DNA from: a virus
Virus record (IMG/VR): IMGVR_UViG_3300035670_000018
Location: 1 to 64,000 of that record
Strand: one strand, 5' to 3'
Length of the DNA: 64,000 nucleotides
In this document: positions 58,258-64,000 of the stretch, piece by piece
Position numbering within the stretch: position 1 is the stretch's first letter
How the letters are laid out: every line of letters begins with the position of its first letter
Notes under the pieces: model-generated
Told to the model about the DNA's origin: nothing
The model's database searches: none
What the model saw: the letters and a program-made list of their open reading frames with translations, nothing else
Made by a program: the position numbers and the translations under genes

Positions 58258-59391
58258 ATGAAAAGCATCAAAGGCCTTAGAGAACAATACGATCTAATCA
58301 CAGAGAAAGAAGAAGCAGAAGTTCGTAAACTTTCTGCTCTTGTTCGTGCTGGTCTTTTTGATGCTAAGAAACTAACATCACTGAAACGCGCACTGGAAAA
58401 ACCAGTTGATAAAATGACAGCACAAGAAAAGCGTATGCTTCTTAACTTGCTGGATTCACTTATGTCTGAGGTTCTGTCCAATCAGCCTGTGTATCAAAAG
58501 GTCAAGCAGAATGTGATGAAGGAAAACAAGGATAACTTTGTAAGTGACCGTAGATTTGGTCGTGGTTATCCTTCTCAGAAAGATATGCCTTCCGTATTGT
58601 TACTAAAGCGTAAGGCTATTCGTGTATTTCCTGATGGTCAAAAAGTAGGACTATACTACGCTCAAGCGATAGACAAGTATGTTACCATACCATTCAGTGA
58701 AATTGGAATAAACGAAGAGAATGAATTGGATGAGATAGCTCCCGCTCTAGTTCCTCTTGCAGTAGGTGCAGCTAGAGTTGCAGCTCCTATAATTGCACGT
58801 AATGCTTCACGTATCGGATCAGCCGGCAAAAAAGCATGGGATGCTTGGAAAAAGAGTAGAGCAGTCAAAAAAGCTGAAAAGGCAAAAGACAAAATATCTA
58901 GAGGTGGCACGATAACAAATGCTGATAGATTGGCCAGAAGAAAAGCCATTGCCAAAGGCATAAAAAAAAGAAGCAGTAGTGCTGGTGGCAGATGGAGAAA
59001 TATAGGGCGCCGCACTGCTGAATTGGGTGCAGGAGCTGCCGCAGTCGGTGCAGCACTATCTGGTGGTTCAGGTGAAAAAAAGTATTTTACACCAATGTCT
59101 CCTACACTAAAAGCTACTACAGTAGGACCAAAGAGAGAAGGCGGTTCAGATTCGAGAGCAGAGCGTGAGAGACAAGCCGCTTTCAGAGCATCAAAATCCA
59201 TGGCTACAAATGAGTCTGTAGAAGTAAATCTAGATGGAAATCTATTTGAACTAAATAATAAGGCAGCAAATAAAATTACCAAACTCTATGAGTCATTGAA
59301 CAATAAGAACAAACGCAAGATGATTTCCATGATGAATGAGAGTGGAGAAAGCCTCAACAAGATTGTATCATTTGCATTAGGACAGAAATAA
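58258..59391 (+). CDS. Putative internal head/core protein with basic central segment
   Basis: P.VL.LKRKAIR.FPDGQKV.LYY; many L/I-x-E sites; C-terminal LYESLN..NK.KM. Confidence 0.55.
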   Translation: MKSIKGLREQYDLITEKEEAEVRKLSALVRAGLFDAKKLTSLKRALEKPVDKMTAQEKRMLLNLLDSLMSEVLSNQPVYQKVKQNVMKENKDNFVSDRRFGRGYPSQKDMPSVLLLKRKAIRVFPDGQKVGLYYAQAIDKYVTIPFSEIGINEENELDEIAPALVPLAVGAARVAAPIIARNASRIGSAGKKAWDAWKKSRAVKKAEKAKDKISRGGTITNADRLARRKAIAKGIKKRSSSAGGRWRNIGRRTAELGAGAAAVGAALSGGSGEKKYFTPMSPTLKATTVGPKREGGSDSRAERERQAAFRASKSMATNESVEVNLDGNLFELNNKAANKITKLYESLNNKNKRKMISMMNESGESLNKIVSFALGQK

Positions 59392-59394
59392 GAC

Positions 59395-59886
59395 ATGGCA
59401 AACGTAATAAGAGAACAAAAGCTTATTGATTCCAACAAGCGAGCATTAATTAAGTATGTGATACTTTCTGATGGAACTAACGAGGCAAACACACGTTTGC
59501 TTGATGCGTCTTCATTAGCATTTGCACTAAACGCAACAGGTGTAATATCTCAAACAGATCCAAAGTCAAACTACAGATCAACAATAAGAAAAGTAAAAGC
59601 TTACTCTAGAACAGGTGGTTCTTTTATACTTAAGTGGGAAGGTGATGCAAACTCAGAGATTATCACGTTTGGTTCAGGTTCCGTAGACTTTACATTTGAA
59701 AACGATGGTGCAATCATTCAAAATCCAGAAGCAAACGCAACAGGTGATATTCTTCTAAGCACAGCTAATCTTGTTGCTGGTGATACAACAACGATTTTCC
59801 TAGACATAAGAAAAGACAGTTTGGATTATGATGCTGGTCAGACAGCAGATCCTTACGCATTCAACGCAAAAGGTCCATTTCCATGA
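59395..59886 (+). CDS. Hypothetical virion protein
   Basis: Long ORF in the head gene cluster with RBS; NATGDI motif. Confidence 0.65.
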   Translation: MANVIREQKLIDSNKRALIKYVILSDGTNEANTRLLDASSLAFALNATGVISQTDPKSNYRSTIRKVKAYSRTGGSFILKWEGDANSEIITFGSGSVDFTFENDGAIIQNPEANATGDILLSTANLVAGDTTTIFLDIRKDSLDYDAGQTADPYAFNAKGPFP

Positions 59887-60557
59887 TTAACCTAATAAAT
59901 TCCATTATAGATAGAGACTTCATAGAGGCAGATTTTATTTTGGAAGAATCTGTTCAAGTCATCATGAGTCGCAAGCTTGAAGAAGCAAAGAAGATGTATG
60001 CTGCTAAAATGGCAGAACAGAGTCATTCTATGAATAGAACAGCGTCTAAGCTTGTCAGACTTGGTGTTGTAGAAGAAGACAACATTGAAGAAATGTCAGG
60101 AAATTCAGGATTAGTTGTAAATAAAAAACCAGAATCTGCAAGTGGAAAAACAGATTTGGGTGGACCAGCACCATCTAATTCAAAAAGTATTAGTGATACG
60201 GAAACAGATGATCTAATTAAAAGAAATACAGAAGGTCTTAAGAGAGCAAAACAAAGAGGAATGTTACCTCCTGGTCATCCTATAACAACAAGAATGGAAG
60301 AAGAAACTCTTGAAGAAGCACGTATCAATATAATCAAGGCCCGTATTCGTGGCGGTAAAATTCAACGCCGTAAAAAAGTTTCAAACGTTCCAGGAATGAC
60401 TCTACGTGGTGGTAAGTTACAGCGCATGTCAGCAGCAGAACGCCGCCGTAGAAAATTAGGCGCAAGAAAAGCAGTTCGTAAGAGAATGCCAAAAATGAAT
60501 CGCGCATTGATGAAGCGCAAGAGATCATTAATTAAAAGAAGGGCTTTAGGTCTATGA
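59883..60557 (+). CDS. Prohead core protein (gp68-like, basic C-terminus)
   Basis: R.R.GK.QRRKK...G.....G.L.RMS..ERR.RK..A; directly upstream of gp21. Confidence 0.65.
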   Translation: MINLINSIIDRDFIEADFILEESVQVIMSRKLEEAKKMYAAKMAEQSHSMNRTASKLVRLGVVEEDNIEEMSGNSGLVVNKKPESASGKTDLGGPAPSNSKSISDTETDDLIKRNTEGLKRAKQRGMLPPGHPITTRMEEETLEEARINIIKARIRGGKIQRRKKVSNVPGMTLRGGKLQRMSAAERRRRKLGARKAVRKRMPKMNRALMKRKRSLIKRRALGL

Positions 60558-61204
60558 AGCTTATAAAAGAAGAAGTAAACGAAGTCCGTTTTCTCACAGA
60601 AATGAACGAGAAGACAGGACAAAAGGAAATGTTCATTGAAGGTATCTTCATGCAGGCCGAGACAAAGAATCGTAACGGCCGCGTTTATCCTTTTGGTGTC
60701 TTACAGAAAGAAGTTGACAGATATAACAAAGATTATGTTGACAAGAACCGTGCTTTTGGTGAACTAGGTCATCCTGATTCTCCAACTATTAATTTGGATC
60801 GTGTATCACACATGATTACCAAGCTTTATCCTGATGGTAATAACTTCATAGGTAAAGCAAAGATTATGGATACTCCTAACGGAAAAATTGTGAAAAGTTT
60901 ACTAGACGGTGGTGCTAGTTTGGGTGTTTCTACAAGAGGCGTAGGGTCTCTTAAGCCATCAAATGGCTATCAACTTGTTCAGGACGATTTTCATCTTGCG
61001 ACAGCCGCAGATATCGTTGCTGATCCATCTGCTCCAAATGCTTTTGTTCAAGGCATTATGGAAAATGCGGAATGGATTCTTACAGAAACAGGATGGAAAG
61101 AAGTTCAGTTTGAAGCAGCTAGAAAAGAAATCAAGCAAGCTTCAAAAAATGATATTGAGGCAGTAGCACTGCGTCTCTTTGAGAATTTTATCTCTAAACT
61201 TTAA
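60554..61204 (+). CDS. 21: Prohead protease gp21
   Basis: IEGIFMQAE.KNRNGRVYP, GELGHP, LDRVSH, GVSTRGVGS, DIVADPSAP.AFV.GIME. Confidence 0.96.
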   Translation: MKLIKEEVNEVRFLTEMNEKTGQKEMFIEGIFMQAETKNRNGRVYPFGVLQKEVDRYNKDYVDKNRAFGELGHPDSPTINLDRVSHMITKLYPDGNNFIGKAKIMDTPNGKIVKSLLDGGASLGVSTRGVGSLKPSNGYQLVQDDFHLATAADIVADPSAPNAFVQGIMENAEWILTETGWKEVQFEAARKEIKQASKNDIEAVALRLFENFISKL

Positions 61205-61208
61205 AAAT

Positions 61209-61216
61209 TATAAATA
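61209..61216 (+). promoter_or_regulatory. T4 late promoter TATAAATA (gp22)
   Basis: Exact consensus upstream of RBS AGGAG. Confidence 0.78.
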
Positions 61217-61241
61217 ATACAAGAAAAAGGAGTATACTCAT

Positions 61242-62588
61242 ATGGGTAAGTCATTAACAGAAGTAGCCAAGTCAATTCTCATGAATGAGAATGCTAACAT
61301 GGCCACACTAAAGCCAGGTGGTGGTGCAAAGGATGGTGTTGAACCATCTCCAATGAGCAATCAAGCTACGTTAGTAGGTGATGCACCGAAGAAGCCAGGC
61401 GAAGGCGACAACGTTGGCGCTAAGGCTGCTACAATGAAGCAGGATACATCTCAAGCTTCTCCATCTCGTAAGGGCGTAGTTCCAGCTATGCCTCCTCAGA
61501 AGGAAGTAATGGAAGAAGATGTAGAGATTGAAGAAGAAAATATTGAAGAAGCTATGGGCGATAGCAATGTTCGTGCTGGTATAAAAACAGTTCAAGGTAA
61601 TGCAGCACCAAAGTCACATCCTCTTACACCAGCAATAGGTGAGAAATCAAAGATGGGTTCTTCAAGCACTCAGTCAATGAAGGAAGAAGAAGAACTGGAA
61701 GAAGAAATTGAACTTTCTGAAGAACTAGAGGCTTTCATTGATCAGTGTCTAGAGGAAGGTCTATCAGAAGAAGAAATCGTAGCAGCTATCGATGAAAACT
61801 TTGAACTAATTTCTGAAGAAGAACTAGAAGAAGAAAAAGTTGAGTATGACTACGAAGTAGACATGAACGAACACGTAGAGGCTCTATTTGCTGGTGAAGA
61901 CCTATCAGAGGAATTCAAGCAGAAAGCTGTAACAATTTTTGAAGCTGCTGTTGTAGCAAAGATGCAGTCAGAAATTGCTCGTCTAGAAGAAGCATATGCT
62001 GCTACTCTAGAGGAAGAAGTAGAAACACTTAAGGAAGAATTGTCATCTAACGTTGATGACTATCTAAACTATGTGGTTGAACAGTGGGTATCTGATAATG
62101 AAGTTGCTATTGAAGCAGGACTTCGCACAGAATTGACCGAAGACTTCATCTCAGGTCTTCGTCAGCTATTTGCTGAAAACTACATTGATATTCCAGAAGA
62201 CAAGATTTCAGTCGTTGAAGAATTTGGATCTAAGATTGAAGAACTTGAAGCTAAGTTAAACGAAGAAATCGCACGTAATGTTGAACTTACAAGCATTCTT
62301 TCAGAAAGCAAAAAGACAGAAGTTCTTCATGCTATGACAGAAGGTTTAACAGCAACTCAGGCCGAAAAGCTTAAGCAGCTTGCAGAAGGCGTAGAGTTTG
62401 TTGATGTTGATACCTTTGCTACAAAGGTTCAGACATTACGCGAAAATTATTTCCCTTCTTCAGTAAACGCTCAGACTGAATTGGACAAGATTGAACCTGG
62501 CACAGAAGGCCAGACAATGATTTCGGAAGAGAATAACCCAATGAGCAAGTATGTTCGTGTACTTGGCAAGACTCTTCCAAAGAAGTAA
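61242..62588 (+). CDS. 22: Prohead scaffold protein gp22
   Basis: LSEEFK.KA.TIFEAAV, VDDYLNYVVE.W..DNE.AIE.GLR.E..EDFI.GL..LF.E.YI. Confidence 0.93.
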   Translation: MGKSLTEVAKSILMNENANMATLKPGGGAKDGVEPSPMSNQATLVGDAPKKPGEGDNVGAKAATMKQDTSQASPSRKGVVPAMPPQKEVMEEDVEIEEENIEEAMGDSNVRAGIKTVQGNAAPKSHPLTPAIGEKSKMGSSSTQSMKEEEELEEEIELSEELEAFIDQCLEEGLSEEEIVAAIDENFELISEEELEEEKVEYDYEVDMNEHVEALFAGEDLSEEFKQKAVTIFEAAVVAKMQSEIARLEEAYAATLEEEVETLKEELSSNVDDYLNYVVEQWVSDNEVAIEAGLRTELTEDFISGLRQLFAENYIDIPEDKISVVEEFGSKIEELEAKLNEEIARNVELTSILSESKKTEVLHAMTEGLTATQAEKLKQLAEGVEFVDVDTFATKVQTLRENYFPSSVNAQTELDKIEPGTEGQTMISEENNPMSKYVRVLGKTLPKK

Positions 62589-62592
62589 AAAC

Positions 62593-62600
62593 TATAAATA
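62593..62600 (+). promoter_or_regulatory. T4 late promoter TATAAATA (gp23)
   Basis: Exact consensus upstream of RBS AGGAG. Confidence 0.8.
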
Positions 62601-62630
62601 ATACTAAGATATCTCAAAAGGAGAATTTAA

Positions 62631-63941
62631 ATGTATCTTACAGAACAATTAGAACAGAAGTGGTCTCCAGTACTGGACCACGAAGGTGCAGGAAAGATTA
62701 AGGACTCATATCGTCGTGCTGTTACAGCTATCATTCTTGAGAACCAAGAAAAGGCTATGGCAGAAGAAAGCCGTGTTCTTAACGAAGCTGCTCCAACAAA
62801 CGCAACTGGTTCTGGTATTCAGAACTATGATCCAATTCTTATCTCATTGGTTCGTCGTTCGCTACCAAAGTTGATTGCTTATGACGTTTGCGGCGTACAG
62901 CCAATGACTGGTCCAACAGGACTTATCTTTGCTATGCGTTCACGTTATGACAATCAGGCTGGTACAGAAGCATTCTTCAATGAAGCTAATACCCGCTTTA
63001 CATCTTCTAACAAAGCTGCTAACACTGTTGGTGGTTCACTACAGACAGGTACAGATCCAGTATCAAACGTACTAAACTCTGCTCTATACACAACAGCTAA
63101 CGGTATGTCTACCGCTGCTGCTGAAGCACTTGGTGATTCAGGTGCAAACCTATTCGCTGAAATGGCTTTCAGCATTGAAAAGGTAACTGTAACAGCCCGC
63201 TCACGCGCTCTAAAGGCTGAGTACACAATGGAACTTGCTCAGGATCTTAAGGCTGTTCACGGTCTAGACGCTGAGACAGAGTTGGCCAACATTCTGTCAA
63301 CAGAAATTCTTGCAGAAATCAACCGTGAAGTTATTCGTACAATCTACGAACAGGCTGTTGTTGGTGCTGCATACGGTACTACAACTGCTGGTACATTTGA
63401 CCTTGACACAGACTCAAACGGCCGTTGGTCAGTTGAAAAGTTCAAGGGTCTTGTATTCCAGATTGAACGTGAATGTAACGCAATCGCTAAGGCAACTCGT
63501 CGTGGTAAGGGTAATACCCTAATCGTTTCTTCTGACGTTGCTTCTGCTCTTGCAATGGCTGGCGTTCTAGACTACACACCTGCTCTTCAGGTTAACCTTG
63601 AAGTAGACGATACTGGCAACACCTTTGCTGGTACAATGCACGGCCGTGTAAAGGTCTACATTGATCCTTACTTCGGTGGTTCAGCATCTGGTAACGAACT
63701 AGTTCTAGTTGGTTATAAGGGTACTTCTCCTTATGACGCTGGTCTATTCTACTGCCCATACGTTCCTCTACAGATGGTTCGTGCTATTGGTCAGGATACA
63801 TTCCAGCCAAAGATCGGCTTCAAGACACGTTACGGCATGGTAGCAAACCCATTCGCACAGGGTACAGATGCTGGTCTTGGTGTTCTTACACCACGTACCA
63901 ACAACTACTACAGAATATTCCGTGTCCGCAACCTCATGTGA
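62631..63941 (+). CDS. 23: Major capsid protein gp23
   Basis: KWSPVL, GVQPMTGPTGLIFAMR, SRALKAEYT.ELAQDLKAVHGLDAE.EL, YCPYVPL, FQPKIGFKTRYG. Confidence 0.98.
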   Translation: MYLTEQLEQKWSPVLDHEGAGKIKDSYRRAVTAIILENQEKAMAEESRVLNEAAPTNATGSGIQNYDPILISLVRRSLPKLIAYDVCGVQPMTGPTGLIFAMRSRYDNQAGTEAFFNEANTRFTSSNKAANTVGGSLQTGTDPVSNVLNSALYTTANGMSTAAAEALGDSGANLFAEMAFSIEKVTVTARSRALKAEYTMELAQDLKAVHGLDAETELANILSTEILAEINREVIRTIYEQAVVGAAYGTTTAGTFDLDTDSNGRWSVEKFKGLVFQIERECNAIAKATRRGKGNTLIVSSDVASALAMAGVLDYTPALQVNLEVDDTGNTFAGTMHGRVKVYIDPYFGGSASGNELVLVGYKGTSPYDAGLFYCPYVPLQMVRAIGQDTFQPKIGFKTRYGMVANPFAQGTDAGLGVLTPRTNNYYRIFRVRNLM

Positions 63942-63970
63942 CATATTGTCGCACTTTGCGATATAAGTTT

Positions 63971-63996
63971 GGGGAGCTTCGGCTCCCCTTTCTTTT
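63971..63996 (+). terminator. Rho-independent terminator after gp23
   Basis: GGGGAGC-TTCG-GCTCCCC-TTTCTTTT. Confidence 0.92.
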
Positions 63997-64000
63997 GTTA

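Overview
This window is part of a large T4-like myovirus genome (AT-rich). Positions ~1-7.3 kb form an accessory/replication block: cytidylyltransferase, GNAT-like protein, PD-(D/E)xK nuclease, metallophosphoesterase, a circularly permuted two-piece tmRNA gene, lipoprotein HtrA protease, gp33, a degenerate methyltransferase-like protein, a nucleotidyltransferase, gp59 and gp32. A minus-strand block (7.3-12.9 kb) encodes an SLT+M23 hub/tape-measure candidate, gp51, gp26, gp54-like, gp2 and gp4. The rest is the plus-strand late structural cluster: baseplate (gp48, gp53, gp27-like, split gp5, gp25, gp6, gp7, gp8, split VrlC/DUF4815-like), a ~16 kb modular fibre/adhesin array, neck/tail/packaging (gp13, free-standing GIY-YIG endonuclease, gp14-gp20) and head genes (an ADP-ribosyltransferase, core proteins, gp21, gp22, gp23), with many TATAAATA late promoters. 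The tmRNA permutation and ANDN...ALAA tag point to an alphaproteobacterial host (inference). The most notable items are the permuted tmRNA with a long structured intervening segment, the repeated 'adaptor + two tips' layout of the fibre array, and putative capsid-packaged GNAT and ART enzymes. All assignments come from motif recognition and gene order; no database search was run.
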